A stretch of DNA of 64,000 nucleotides from an uncultured Gemmatimonadales bacterium (GCA_963825055.1 CAWGSK010000003.1:1-64000), one strand, 5' to 3'; shown: positions 38,683-49,170, counted from the first letter of the stretch. Notes: generated from the letters alone by a model not told the origin. Made by a program: numbers and translations.

Positions 38683-40638
38683 TCAGAACGCAATCCGGCT
38701 CACCCTCGTCGTCGGCCCGAGCGGCAGGGTCTCACCCAGGCCGGCCAGGTCCATGAGATGCAGGCGGCCAGCCTCCCCCACACCGGTAAGCCAGGCGATC
38801 ATGGAACCGTCACGCGAAACCGTGAGGTCCAGCACCGGCCCGGCGCTCCGGAACAGGACGACAGGCAGCGTACCGCCCGCCGGCAGGCGGACGACCTCCC
38901 AGGGACCCGTCGCTGGATCGCGCGCGTACACCAGGCTGCCGTCGGGCAGGAACGCCGGCCCCGATTCCGGCCCCACGCCGCGGGTCAGCCGGACCTGGTC
39001 ACTCCCGTCCTGCTTCATCCCGTACACGTGCGCCTCCCCGTCACGGGTCGACAGGAAGGCGATCAGGTCGCCTGACGGGCTGACGACGGGCGAGCTGTTC
39101 GACCCGCCGCCGGTCAGGCGAAGCGAGCGTCCCGTGTCGAGCTCGACGCTCCAGACCTGGGAGACGGAGTCACCCACCGACACCACCGCCCGGTCTCCCG
39201 ATGGAAACCACGCCAGGCCCCTGGCCGAGCCGGCGTTGGTGAGCACTGTCCTCGGTGAGGCACCGTGCGCATCGGCCAGCAGGATGGATCCGTGGTCAGC
39301 CTGCGTCCGCGCCAGCACCCGGGTCCGCTCGGGCGACCGTACGGCTTCGGTCACCGCTGGCAGCTGCCCGCCCAGCCGGGCGCGGAGGTCGGGCCGGGTG
39401 CTGAGGATCTCCAGGGCACGCCAGGCGCCATCCAGTTCGGCGGTCGCGAGGAGATCTCCCACGCCGTGAACGATCAGCGTCGCTTCACTCCCTGAACGGG
39501 ACCGGGCGATGACCGTTGCCCGGCCCAGGCCCTCGATCCGGATCCGGCCGGTCGAGTCCGGCACCGCTACGGCGGCATTGCTCGTCCGCCAGGCGGCGAT
39601 GTCCCCCCGGGACCCCTGTGCGGCGCCGAAGCGAGTGCTGAGGACCGCGCTCTCGCCCGGGAGGAGCGCCAGGCTGCTCTCGCTGAATCCGAAACGCTCG
39701 TCCGCCACGCGCACGATCCAGGTCACCGTAGCCGGCCCGCTCCGGGCGATGAGGGTCGTGATGCCGGGTTCGAGAGCCCGGGCTTCGCCCAGTGCCGGCT
39801 CGAAGCCGAGGACACTGGAATCCCCACTGATCCACTCGATCCTGGCCTCAGGCACCGGATTGCCCGAAGCGTCGAGCGCCACGGCGCTGAAAGGCGCGCG
39901 GCCCCTGAGAGGAAGCACGACCGGTTCCCGTCCAGCCGGAGGGGCGACCGCCAGTCCGCGTACGGGCGCATGGACGATGACGGGAATCCGCGTGGAGTGG
40001 AGCGTGGTTCCCGCCTGCAGCGTGGTTCGCCCGGGACCCATGGCCTGTACGATTCCGGTGGGCCCGACCCGCAGGACCGCTGAGTCACCAGACATCCAGG
40101 TCATGCTGCGGCCCGTTTCCTCATCCGCCAGGGTGTCCAGTATGCCGGAGGCGAGGACCAGGGTATCGATCTGGAGGGGGTCCGCATACGGGATATCCGG
40201 CCGGGGGACGGGGTTCACGCGCACCGGTGTGCCCGGGGCGGATACTCCCACGGACACCGCGACGTCCGCCCGGACTCCACCGCCCTGGACCATGACCCGG
40301 GTCACTCCGGGCTCGACCCCCGTCACACCACCCTCCCCGTCCGCCCGGGCCACGGCGGTGTCCAGCGAGAGGTAGGTAAACACGATACCCCTCACCACCC
40401 GCCCATCCCCATCGAACACTGCCGGGAAGAGCCGCTGGCGCTCCCCCGGCGCAAGCCGGAGTTCGGAAGGGTTGGTGCGCAGCTCCGCCCCGGCCTGTGC
40501 CTGAAGGGCGCCGGCAAGGGTGAGGGCTGAGGTCAGCAGAGCAGCAATGCGAATGATCGACCACCCGGGGGGAGAGACGTTCGAGCAACGTGCAAAGCCC
40601 GCGCCTCGGGAAGGGCCAGGGACAGTAGTTGGGCGCAT
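38683..40638 (-). CDS. Secreted Ig-like (Big_2) repeat + TolB/PD40 propeller protein
   Basis: W.S.D..V...G.V.A..PG Ig repeats and SPSGD.IAF.STRDG PD40 motifs. Start uncertain. Confidence 0.75.
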   Translation of the reverse strand: MRPTTVPGPSRGAGFARCSNVSPPGWSIIRIAALLTSALTLAGALQAQAGAELRTNPSELRLAPGERQRLFPAVFDGDGRVVRGIVFTYLSLDTAVARADGEGGVTGVEPGVTRVMVQGGGVRADVAVSVGVSAPGTPVRVNPVPRPDIPYADPLQIDTLVLASGILDTLADEETGRSMTWMSGDSAVLRVGPTGIVQAMGPGRTTLQAGTTLHSTRIPVIVHAPVRGLAVAPPAGREPVVLPLRGRAPFSAVALDASGNPVPEARIEWISGDSSVLGFEPALGEARALEPGITTLIARSGPATVTWIVRVADERFGFSESSLALLPGESAVLSTRFGAAQGSRGDIAAWRTSNAAVAVPDSTGRIRIEGLGRATVIARSRSGSEATLIVHGVGDLLATAELDGAWRALEILSTRPDLRARLGGQLPAVTEAVRSPERTRVLARTQADHGSILLADAHGASPRTVLTNAGSARGLAWFPSGDRAVVSVGDSVSQVWSVELDTGRSLRLTGGGSNSSPVVSPSGDLIAFLSTRDGEAHVYGMKQDGSDQVRLTRGVGPESGPAFLPDGSLVYARDPATGPWEVVRLPAGGTLPVVLFRSAGPVLDLTVSRDGSMIAWLTGVGEAGRLHLMDLAGLGETLPLGPTTRVSRIAF

Positions 40639-40925
40639 TGAGTAGTTGTCTATGCTACTACTTAGCATAAGTCTTTGATCTGTAGCCGATTGGCGTGATG
40701 CCTCCGAGAGTAGCTGCGTGCCTGTCGCCTCAGCCCGTCTGGCGACACGCACGCCCATGGTCTCTCTCTTCTCGCAATTCCCCCGGGACCATGCAGAGAA
40801 CTGCGCAGAAGCCAGCCCGTCTTGCAGAAGTTCAGCGGATGTGCAAGTATATCGCCAATCCCGTTTGCATCACTCCGCACCACCCGCGCGGCGGGGAACG
40901 CCGCCCAGAGCGCCTGGAGGGTATG

Positions 40926-41420
40926 ATGGCCATGAGTGACCTCGAGATGGGCTGGTCGGGATCGGGCTGGATGGATCCCTCACCCGTTCAGCGGGAGCCG
41001 GAACCTCCTTTCGCTCCGATCAATGTTCCGCCACCAAGCGCTCCACCACCGCCAGCTCCGGTCGCCGAACAGGCCCGGAAGAGCGCCACCGTGAAACGCA
41101 AGCCGAGCGGGCCGAAGAAGAAGGCGGCGAAGAAAAAGACCGTGAAGAAGGCGGTGAAGAAGAAAGCCGCAAAGAAGAAGGCGGCGAAAAAGAAGAAGGC
41201 CACGAAGAAGAAGGCCACCAGGAAGAAAGCGGTGAAACGCCGGCCCGCGAAGAAGGCCGCGCGGCGGAAGCCCGCCCGGAAAAAGGCGACGAAGAAGAAA
41301 GCGACGAAGAGAAAGGCAGCCAGGAAGGCCCCACGGCGCCGTGCCACAAAGAAGGCAGCGCGGAAGAAGACCACCCGCCGGCCGGCAAGGAAGAAGACGG
41401 CCGCAAGGAAAAAGAAGTAG
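40926..41420 (+). CDS. Histone H1-like Lys/Arg/Ala-rich protein
   Basis: GGAGG RBS; Pro-rich N-terminus followed by KKKAA/RRPA repeats. Confidence 0.75.
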   Translation: MAMSDLEMGWSGSGWMDPSPVQREPEPPFAPINVPPPSAPPPPAPVAEQARKSATVKRKPSGPKKKAAKKKTVKKAVKKKAAKKKAAKKKKATKKKATRKKAVKRRPAKKAARRKPARKKATKKKATKRKAARKAPRRRATKKAARKKTTRRPARKKTAARKKK

Positions 41421-41430
41421 CAGGATCGAG

Positions 41431-41457
41431 CGGCGCCCCTCGAAGGGGCGCCGTTTC
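41431..41457. terminator. Intrinsic terminator-like hairpin between convergent genes
   Basis: cggcgcccct-cga-aggggcgccg followed by ttt. Confidence 0.65.
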
Positions 41458-41458
41458 G

Positions 41459-42235
41459 TCATCGGGCCGCGGTTCTTCCCAACCGCTCCTGGGCCAGCCG
41501 GGCGAGCCAGCGGGCCAGTGTCGCGGGCGAGGGCGTCCGGAAGCGGGCTGCGGTCGGCCGGCGCCCCACAAGGATCGTCGTTCCCTTCCGGAGCGCACGG
41601 AAGGCATCCTCGTCGGTCGTGTCGTCGCCGGCATAGAGAATTTCCGGTCCGGGTGGCCGGCCGTCGAGCCAGCGCAGCACCGCTTCACCCTTGTGGATGC
41701 CCGAGAACCGCACGTCAATCACGCGCCGCCCGGTGAGCGCCGCGATCTCCCTGTCCCCGGCAGTGCGAAGGGTCCACCCGGCCAGCTCCCGGGCTTCCCG
41801 ATGGTCGAGCCGGTGATGAATGGCTGCGGAGAGCCCCTTGTGTTCCAGCCGGGCCCCGGGCCAGTCGCGATGGAGTGCCGCGCCCAGGCGTTCCACCACC
41901 CGCCCCATCCGGCCGGCATCGCCCGCGATCCAGGGTTCCAGACCGCCATCCCGGAGAATCTCCCCACCATGGTTACCCAGGATCGCATCGGCGATGGGCC
42001 CGGCGACCATGGCGGCTCCTTCAGCGGAGCGCCCCGAGACCAGCACGACCTCGCACCCGCGCCGCCGGAGCAGCCGGATCGTCGCGCGGGTTCCGGCCGG
42101 CACCCGGGCCCGGTCCGGCCGGTCAACGATGGGCGCGAGGGTTCCATCCACGTCCAGGAAGAGGACCGGGCGCTCCGCCCGGGCGAGATGCTGCCGCGCC
42201 GACCGTCCCTGCCTTCCGGAGAGCGGCCCGGTCAC
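41459..42235 (-). CDS. otsB: Trehalose-6-phosphate phosphatase
   Basis: FLDVDGTL, SGR, HKG and GDDTTDEDAF. Confidence 0.9.
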   Translation of the reverse strand: MTGPLSGRQGRSARQHLARAERPVLFLDVDGTLAPIVDRPDRARVPAGTRATIRLLRRRGCEVVLVSGRSAEGAAMVAGPIADAILGNHGGEILRDGGLEPWIAGDAGRMGRVVERLGAALHRDWPGARLEHKGLSAAIHHRLDHREARELAGWTLRTAGDREIAALTGRRVIDVRFSGIHKGEAVLRWLDGRPPGPEILYAGDDTTDEDAFRALRKGTTILVGRRPTAARFRTPSPATLARWLARLAQERLGRTAAR

Positions 42236-43698
42236 CGTTTGCGGGCCTTGCGCAGCTTCTCCACGTCGGTGAAGACCGCGCGGACCCAGTCGTAGATGGT
42301 GTGGGAGTGGAGCTGGCGTCGCATCGCGGCCAGACGGACCCGGCGCTCACGCGGACTCATGTCCAGGGCGGCCTTGATGGACCGGGCCATCCCACCGGCA
42401 TCGTACGGGTTGATGATGACGGCGCCGCTCATCTCCTCGGCCGCCCCGGCGAACCGGGACAACAGCAGCGCCCCGGTGCCCTCCACCTGCGCGGCCACAA
42501 ACTCCTTGGCCACCAGGTTCATCCCGTCCTGGAGGCTGCTCACAAGGCAGACATCGGCCGCGCGGTAGTACGCCGCGAGCGTATCGGCATCCAGGTTGTC
42601 GCGGATCAGGACCACTGGCTGCCAGCGTTCCGTTTCGTATTTCCGGTTGAGCTTGCGGGCCATGGATACCACCGACCGCTCCAGCGCGCGATAGGAGCCG
42701 ATCGCCAGCCGGGAGGGAACCGCGATCTGCACCAGCGTCACCTTGCCCCTGAGTGCCGGCTCTTCCTCCAGGAGTCGGCCAAAGGCGTTGAAACGCCTGG
42801 GAATGCCCTTGCTGTAGTCGATCCGGTCTACGCCCAGGAGGATTCGCCCGCGCGGCGCGAGGGTGCGCCGGATCCGCCGGGCCGCTTCCACCACGGGCTG
42901 GGAGGCCGCGAGTTCCTCGAACTGCTGGACGTCAATCGAGATCGGATGCGCCCGCACCGCCGTCGCGTGGCCGGCGAACGTCACCGATCCGGCCTCGAGA
43001 TCAACCTCCGCGCCGGACAGGAACTCTGCGACCGACGACAGGAAATTCACCACGTAGCGCTCAGTCTGGAATACGAGCAGGTCATTTCCGAGGAGCCCCC
43101 GGATGAGGCGCCGGGCGACGGGCAGCGCCCGCAGGACATCGGCGGGCGGCCAGGGGATGTGCCAGAACTGGTGGATGAACATCTTCGTCCGGCGGCGCAG
43201 CACCTGGGCGGCGAGTCCGAAGTGGTAGTCCTGGATCCAGACGGTGGCATCGTCGTCGCCCGCGACCTCCTCCACCGCGTGAGCGAAGCGGTGATTCACC
43301 TTTCGATACACTTCCCAGTGGTCATAATCAAAACTGAAGTGATTGAACTGGAGGTGGCAGAGAGGCCAGAGCGCCCGGTTGGCGATCTCGACATAATAGG
43401 ACTGGACTTCATCCGGCGTGAGCCGGACCCGCCTCAGGGAATAGGCCTCGGTCTCCGGGGGAACGCGGACCTCGTCGTTCCCGTCGGTCACGTCGAAGTC
43501 GGCTGACCCGCTGCCCCAGGCCACCCAGCACCCCCCCGCCGACTCCATGAGCGGCTGCAGGGCCGAGGTCAGCCCGCCGGCCGGTCGCGAAACGGTGACC
43601 TCGCCGCCCTTCGACTTCTGGTGCTCGAATGGCTCCCGGTTACTCAGGAGAATCAGCCGGCCCGGTCCGGAGTACTTGTACTGCTTGCTATTATTCAT
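42232..43698 (-). CDS. otsA: Trehalose-6-phosphate synthase
   Basis: GGL, WIQDYH, HIPWP, GVDRIDYSKG and DGMNLVAKE. Confidence 0.93.
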   Translation of the reverse strand: MNNSKQYKYSGPGRLILLSNREPFEHQKSKGGEVTVSRPAGGLTSALQPLMESAGGCWVAWGSGSADFDVTDGNDEVRVPPETEAYSLRRVRLTPDEVQSYYVEIANRALWPLCHLQFNHFSFDYDHWEVYRKVNHRFAHAVEEVAGDDDATVWIQDYHFGLAAQVLRRRTKMFIHQFWHIPWPPADVLRALPVARRLIRGLLGNDLLVFQTERYVVNFLSSVAEFLSGAEVDLEAGSVTFAGHATAVRAHPISIDVQQFEELAASQPVVEAARRIRRTLAPRGRILLGVDRIDYSKGIPRRFNAFGRLLEEEPALRGKVTLVQIAVPSRLAIGSYRALERSVVSMARKLNRKYETERWQPVVLIRDNLDADTLAAYYRAADVCLVSSLQDGMNLVAKEFVAAQVEGTGALLLSRFAGAAEEMSGAVIINPYDAGGMARSIKAALDMSPRERRVRLAAMRRQLHSHTIYDWVRAVFTDVEKLRKARKR

Positions 43699-43922
43699 TA
43701 GTCTCGACTCTCCATTCCGATGCGCCGGCGTGCAACTGCTGGCACTGTCAACATAAACCCTCCGGAAACGCTGCCGCGGCAACTCATGACACACCGTATT
43801 CTCGCTCAGGTGGTCCTGCTTGCCACCGGCCGGTCGGGTGGCCTCGAGGTGTTCCCGTCCGATTACGCACCGGAGGGGCAATCAACCTTCATGGCTCGAA
43901 GACGAGCGATGGCTCATCCTGC

Positions 43923-45296
43923 ATGACCATTCGTCGAGCGACTGAACTCGCGGTGGCCGTCGCAATCGCAGCCGGCCTCCTGGCCGGCTGCCGCGAAGGT
44001 CCGCCGGAACGGATCGCCCTCATCGGGGCCACGGTCATCGACGGGTCGGGTGGCCCCGAGCTGGACGATGCGATCGTGATCCTGCACGGGAGCGAGATCG
44101 AGACGGTCGCGGCCCGGGAGGGATTCGAGATCCCGCGCCATACCCGGCAGATCGACGTTACCGGCAAGTGGATCATGCCGGGCATGATCGATGCCCACGC
44201 GCACACCGGCCGCTGGGCCCTGGCCCGGTACCTCGGCTGGGGCGTCACCAGCCTGCGGGACGTGCACGGGCAGCACGACTCGATCTTCCAGCTCCGCGAT
44301 GACGTGAACCTGGGTTCGATTCCCGGCCCCCGCATGTTCATCGCCGGCTCCATGATTGACGGCGCCCCGGCCACCTGGCCCGATGCCAGCGAGGTGACAA
44401 CAGGGCCGGACGCCCGCCGGGTCGTGGATGCGCTCGCGGTGGACGGCGCGGATTTCATCAAGACGTACACGCGCATCACCCCGGAGCTGATGGAGCCCCT
44501 GGTGGACGAGGCGAGTGCCCTCCAGCTCCGGGTCACCGCCCACCTTGGCCTGACCGACGCCATCCGTGCCGCGACCATTGGCGTACGCGCGATTGAACAC
44601 ATGAGCGGCGTCCCCGAAGCGTCGCTCGCCAACCCGGCGCCGCTCTTCGCGGCGCACCGCCGTTCGTTCTTCGAGGGGTGGACCGCGTTCGAGACCGCCT
44701 GGGCAGGCATTGACTCCACGACGCTTTCCCGGGTGGCCGGCCGCCTGGCCACTGACCGGATATTCCTTATCCCGACCCTGGTCCTGCACGACACGTACAG
44801 CCGGCTGGACGAGAAGGATCTCTACCAGAGCCCCGACCTGGCGGCCGTGCCGGATTCCATCCAGCGCACCTGGGACGTGGCCGGCATGGTGCAGCGGGCC
44901 GGGTGGACCGAGCAGGACTTCGTGAATTTCCGTGCGAGCCGGGCCAAACAGGACCTCTTCCTCCGCGAGTTCATCCGGCAGGGCGGCATCGTGGCCGCCG
45001 GCACGGATGCCGCCAACCAGATGCTGATCCCCGGCCTGTCCGAGCACCGCGAGCTGGAACTGCTGGTCCAGGCCGGGGTGCCCCCGCGCGATGCCCTGCT
45101 GACGGCCACCCGCAACGCTGCCCGCCTCCTCGGCGCCGACTCCCTCGGGGTCCTGGCCCCCGGCCGCGCCGCAGACCTGCTGGTGCTTTCCCGCAATCCG
45201 CTCGAGGACATCCGCAACACCCGCTCGATCGAGCTGGTCGTACTGCGGGGGCTGGTGATGTCGGCGGACAGCATCCGGCAGGGGTGGGCCCGGTAA
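43923..45296 (+). CDS. Amidohydrolase family lipoprotein
   Basis: LAGC lipobox; PGMIDAHAH, GTDA and G..ADL. Confidence 0.88.
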   Translation: MTIRRATELAVAVAIAAGLLAGCREGPPERIALIGATVIDGSGGPELDDAIVILHGSEIETVAAREGFEIPRHTRQIDVTGKWIMPGMIDAHAHTGRWALARYLGWGVTSLRDVHGQHDSIFQLRDDVNLGSIPGPRMFIAGSMIDGAPATWPDASEVTTGPDARRVVDALAVDGADFIKTYTRITPELMEPLVDEASALQLRVTAHLGLTDAIRAATIGVRAIEHMSGVPEASLANPAPLFAAHRRSFFEGWTAFETAWAGIDSTTLSRVAGRLATDRIFLIPTLVLHDTYSRLDEKDLYQSPDLAAVPDSIQRTWDVAGMVQRAGWTEQDFVNFRASRAKQDLFLREFIRQGGIVAAGTDAANQMLIPGLSEHRELELLVQAGVPPRDALLTATRNAARLLGADSLGVLAPGRAADLLVLSRNPLEDIRNTRSIELVVLRGLVMSADSIRQGWAR

Positions 45297-45410
45297 TGGT
45301 GAGTAGTGAGTAGTGCCTGGGGGGCAGGTGTCGAGGTTGAGTGGGCTGGACTCCCTCCTTTTCGGCCGTAATCTGCCTTGAAGCACTAATCACTACTCAC
45401 TACTCACTGG
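45297..45410. repeat. Inverted-arm element of 7-mer (TAGTGAG) repeats
   Basis: tggtgagtagtgagtagtgcctgg ... aagcactaatcactactcactactcact. Confidence 0.85.
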
Positions 45411-45435
45411 TGCCTTCTTCCACCCCGGACTCCCC

Positions 45436-46503
45436 ATGTCTCCCACTCCCGACCAGCGCCCCTCCATCCGGCTCAGTTCGCTCAGCCACGGCGCCGGCTG
45501 AGCCTGCAAGCTCGGCGCGGCCGAACTGACGCAGGTCCTGCGTCACCTGCCCCCCATCGTTGATCCCCGGGTCCTGGCCGACGCCTCGAACCGGGACGAT
45601 GCGGCTGTCTACCGCATCGCCGACGACCGGGCCCTGGTCGCAACCGTGGATTTCTTTACTCCCATCGTGGACGCGCCGGACGACTGGGGCCGAATCGCCG
45701 CGGCCAATGCCCTGAGCGATGTGTATGCCATGGGCGCGACGCCGCTCTTTGCGCTCTCCATGGTAGGCTGGCCGCGCGACGTGTTGCCGTTCGACATGCT
45801 GGGAGAGGTGATGCGGGGCGCCGCCGAGGTTACCACTCGCGCCGGCTGCCTGCTGGTCGGCGGGCATTCTGTGGATGACCCGGAGCCCAAGTTCGGGCTG
45901 TGTGTCATCGGCGAGGCGCATCCCGCGCGCCTGTGGACCAACGATGGGGCCCGGCCCGGTGACGTCCTCGTGCTCACCAAGCCGATTGGTACGGGCATCC
46001 TCACCACCGCCCTCAAGCGCGGCCGCCTCGATGAGGCCGCGCTTTCCCAGGCGATCCGCGTGATGGCGGCCCTGAACGACGCCGCAGCCCAGGCGGGGCA
46101 TGAACACGCTGTCCGCGCCGCGACGGATGTCACCGGGTTCGGCCTGCTGGGCCACCTCGGCAACATTCTCCGCGCCAGCGGCGTGGGTGCCGACCTCGTC
46201 TTCGAGGCAATCCCCCTGCTGGCCGGGGCGATGGGTCTGGCGCGGGAGGGCTTCATCCCCGGCGGGAGCGAGCGGAACCTCGCGTCCGCCGCGGGGACGG
46301 ACTGGGGCGACCTGGACGACGTCGAGCGGCTGCTCTGCTGCGATGCCCAGACGAGTGGCGGGCTGCTGCTGTGCGTCGCCCCGGACGAGGCGGCGGGGCT
46401 CGTCGCATCGCTGACCCGCCGGGGCACGCCGGCGGCGGCCATCATCGGGCGGATTACCTACCATCCGGACCGGATTCGTGTCCGTCGCCGGGGGGAAACC
46501 TGA
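45436..46503 (+). CDS. selD: Selenide, water dikinase (selenocysteine-containing)
   Basis: In-frame ATG 45436: ...LSHGAG-TGA-ACKL (TGA at 45499-45501), DDAAVY, DFFTP, ANALSDVYAMG and DAQTSGGLL. Confidence 0.95.
45527..45545 (+). promoter_or_regulatory. Putative bacterial SECIS hairpin
   Basis: TGACGCAG-GTC-CTGCGTCA starting ~25 nt after the UGA; GCAGGUC apical motif like that of E. coli fdhF. Confidence 0.75.
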
Positions 46504-46727
46504 TGGGGCGCTACCGCTGGACGGCCCAGCGCATGGACCAGCTCGAGCGCGCGGTGCGCGACGGGCGCCGGGTCGCCCTCAACCGGCGAGGCACCGAGTA
46601 TGTCGTGACCGCCCGGCGCCTCACCACGGTGCGGCAGCGTGACGCGCTCGTCGGCCACCTTCCCATGACCGGCGAAGAGGAAGTGTTCATGCTGGATGAT
46701 CTCGACGCATTCCAGGTGGTCGACTAG
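46503..46727 (+). CDS. Small hypothetical protein (74 aa)
   Basis: TGATG overlap with the selD stop; natural-looking protein sequence. Confidence 0.65.
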   Translation: MGRYRWTAQRMDQLERAVRDGRRVALNRRGTEYVVTARRLTTVRQRDALVGHLPMTGEEEVFMLDDLDAFQVVD

Positions 46728-46806
46728 GCCTCCGCCTGTTTCAATGCTGATGCAGCCCGCCGCGCCTCCGTGGTTCAAACCGCTGGACTCCCACTATCTT
46801 TCCCCC

Positions 46807-47463
46807 GTGTCCAGCATCGCCTCCACCATCATCCTGCACCTCGATGAAAGCTGCCTCGGTAATGGCCGCGAGGGGGACAATCCCGGCGGCGCCGGCGGCC
46901 TCGTGGAGGTGCGCAAGGCCGACGGGATTGCCCGGCGGGACTTCGCCATCCACTCGACGGCGACCACCAATAACCGCATGGCCATCGCCAGCGCCCTGAC
47001 GGCACTCGAACTCCTGAGTACCGGTCGGACCGAACGGACCGTGCTCATCGTCTCCGACTCGCAGTACCTGATCCGGGGCATGCGGGAATGGGTCCCGGGG
47101 TGGGTGTCACGCGGATGGACCCGCAAGGGGGGGCCGATCGAGAATCTCGAGCTGTGGCAGGCACTGTACGTGGCCGCACGGGCCCGGCGGGTGCGCTGGA
47201 CCTGGGTGCGCGGCCACGCGAAACACCCGAAGAACGAGTATGCGAATGACCTCGCCGTCGGCGCCGCCACCAGCCAGCGATCCACCAGCGGCCTCGAGGA
47301 GTCCGGGTTCCCGGGGTGGCTCGACCACGAGCGCGGGCGGAAGCGGTATCTGGATTATGACCCGGACCGCGCGTACGACGTGCTGGACCGTCTGCTCCGT
47401 GAGGACCGGGATGTGCCCCTGAACCTCGACCTGGTCGAGTCGGCGCGCGCCGCGGGGGCCTGA
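46807..47463 (+). CDS. rnhA: Ribonuclease HI
   Basis: DESCLGN, TTNNRMA, SDSQY, WVRGH and NEYANDLA. GTG start inferred. Confidence 0.9.
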   Translation: MSSIASTIILHLDESCLGNGREGDNPGGAGGLVEVRKADGIARRDFAIHSTATTNNRMAIASALTALELLSTGRTERTVLIVSDSQYLIRGMREWVPGWVSRGWTRKGGPIENLELWQALYVAARARRVRWTWVRGHAKHPKNEYANDLAVGAATSQRSTSGLEESGFPGWLDHERGRKRYLDYDPDRAYDVLDRLLREDRDVPLNLDLVESARAAGA

Positions 47464-47465
47464 CC

Positions 47466-48116
47466 ATGGACGATCTCGCCCACTTCGTGCGCGCCCTGGC
47501 CCTTGCGACCCGGCCCCATTCCCGGCCGGGCCAGTCCGTTGAACTCGGGGACATTGCCGGAACCATCCTGCCGTACCGTACCCATCGCGACGCGCTCGAC
47601 CTGGCCAGCATCGAGGACTACGATGCGATGCTGGTCCGTCTTGCCGCGGGAGAGGGTGGCTATGCGACAACGGAGCCGGCCGATGCCGCGGGTGCTTTTC
47701 GCGCCCAGGCCGGCTCCCCCAATCCGGACCTGGACATCGTCCGGTCGCTTGGCGCGACCCGGCTCGTCCTGACCGCCGCGGCCTGGCGGCTCCTGGAGGC
47801 GGAACCCGGCAGCGACTACGCGCCGCCCGCCCCGGCTGAGGCACCCATGGCCCCAGAGCCGCCGCCGGAGCCACCCGCGGGCCCGGATCGGTCACCCCCG
47901 TTCATCATTGCCCCCGATGAACTGGAGCGGATATCGCCGGACGATCCGGACGGACCAGCCTGCGAATTCTGCGGTGGCAGGCTTCCTGAGGGCCGGGTCG
48001 TGAGCTACTGCCCCCACTGCGGCCAGAGCCAGTCCCAGCCCCACTGCCCCGCATGCGGGCAGGACATCGAACCCGCCTGGCACCACTGCGTCGCGTGCGG
48101 CCAGCGCCTGATGTGA
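47466..48116 (+). CDS. Double zinc-ribbon domain protein
   Basis: Four C-terminal CxxC motifs. Confidence 0.8.
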   Translation: MDDLAHFVRALALATRPHSRPGQSVELGDIAGTILPYRTHRDALDLASIEDYDAMLVRLAAGEGGYATTEPADAAGAFRAQAGSPNPDLDIVRSLGATRLVLTAAAWRLLEAEPGSDYAPPAPAEAPMAPEPPPEPPAGPDRSPPFIIAPDELERISPDDPDGPACEFCGGRLPEGRVVSYCPHCGQSQSQPHCPACGQDIEPAWHHCVACGQRLM

Positions 48117-48126
48117 GGTTCCCGGG

Positions 48127-49170
48127 ATGAAGCCCCTTCGGATCGCGGTCATACCCGGCGACGGTATCGGACCGGAGGTGGTCGACGCGGGGCTCGCGGT
48201 CCTCCGCCACGCGGCCTCCCTGGACGGGCTCGACCTGGCGGTGGACCGGCAGCCGTGGTCGGCATCCCACTACCTGGAGACGGGCGAGACCCTGCCGGAC
48301 CACGCCTTCGAGGCCCTCCGCCGGGATGCCGATGCGATCCTCCTCGGCGCGCTGGGCGACCCGCGTGTACCGGGAAATGAGCACGCGCGCGACATCCTCC
48401 TCGGCCTCCGGTTCCGGCTCGACCTCTACATCAACTTCCGGCCGGTCACCCTGCTGCACCCCCGGCTGTGCCCGCTGAAAGGCGAGCCGGCCATCGACTT
48501 CGTGATCTTCCGCGAGAACACCGAGGGGCAGTACCTCGGCCGGGGCCACGGATCCGGCGAGGGAACCGCAGGCGAGGAACAGGTCGCCGAAGAGCTGCAT
48601 ACACGGAAGGGCGTGGAACGGATCATCCGCGCGGCCTTCGACTGGGCCGCGGCCAATGGCCGCACGCGGGTCACCATGAGCGACAAGTCGAACGCCATCC
48701 CGTTCCAGCGTATCTGGGGACGGGTGTTCCGGGAGGTGGGCGAGGAGTTTCCCGGCATCGAACAGGAGCATCGGTACGTCGATGCCCTGGCGATGGAGCT
48801 GGTTCGCGAACCGGAGCGCTTCCAGGTGATCGTCGCCAACAATCTCTACGGCGACATTCTCTCCGACCTCGGCGCCGGACTCATCGGCGGGCTCGGCATC
48901 TCGGCCAGCGCGAACCTTCATCCCGGCCGGCCCGGCCTGTTCGAACCCGTGCACGGGTCTGCCCCGCCCCTTGCCGGAAAGGACGTGGCCAATCCGATGG
49001 CCACGGTGCTGACCAGCGCCCTCATGCTACGGGACCTGGGCCAGGACGGCACCGCCCGGAGGCTGGAACAGGCTGTCAGGCAGGTAGTTAAGACTGGGCC
49101 GATTCCCGCCGACCTGGGCGGGAAGGCGTCCACCAGCGAGGTGACCCGGGCCCTGGTCGAGGCCCTTTGA
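48127..49170 (+). CDS. 3-isopropylmalate/tartrate dehydrogenase family protein
   Basis: PGDGIGPEV, RENTEG, NLYGDILSD and EPVHGSAP. Confidence 0.9.
   Translation: MKPLRIAVIPGDGIGPEVVDAGLAVLRHAASLDGLDLAVDRQPWSASHYLETGETLPDHAFEALRRDADAILLGALGDPRVPGNEHARDILLGLRFRLDLYINFRPVTLLHPRLCPLKGEPAIDFVIFRENTEGQYLGRGHGSGEGTAGEEQVAEELHTRKGVERIIRAAFDWAAANGRTRVTMSDKSNAIPFQRIWGRVFREVGEEFPGIEQEHRYVDALAMELVREPERFQVIVANNLYGDILSDLGAGLIGGLGISASANLHPGRPGLFEPVHGSAPPLAGKDVANPMATVLTSALMLRDLGQDGTARRLEQAVRQVVKTGPIPADLGGKASTSEVTRALVEAL

Noticed and set aside
45646..46503. selD as a truncated gene or pseudogene starting at 45646
   Set aside because: The upstream frame is intact and the single TGA lies at the Sec position with a SECIS-like hairpin.
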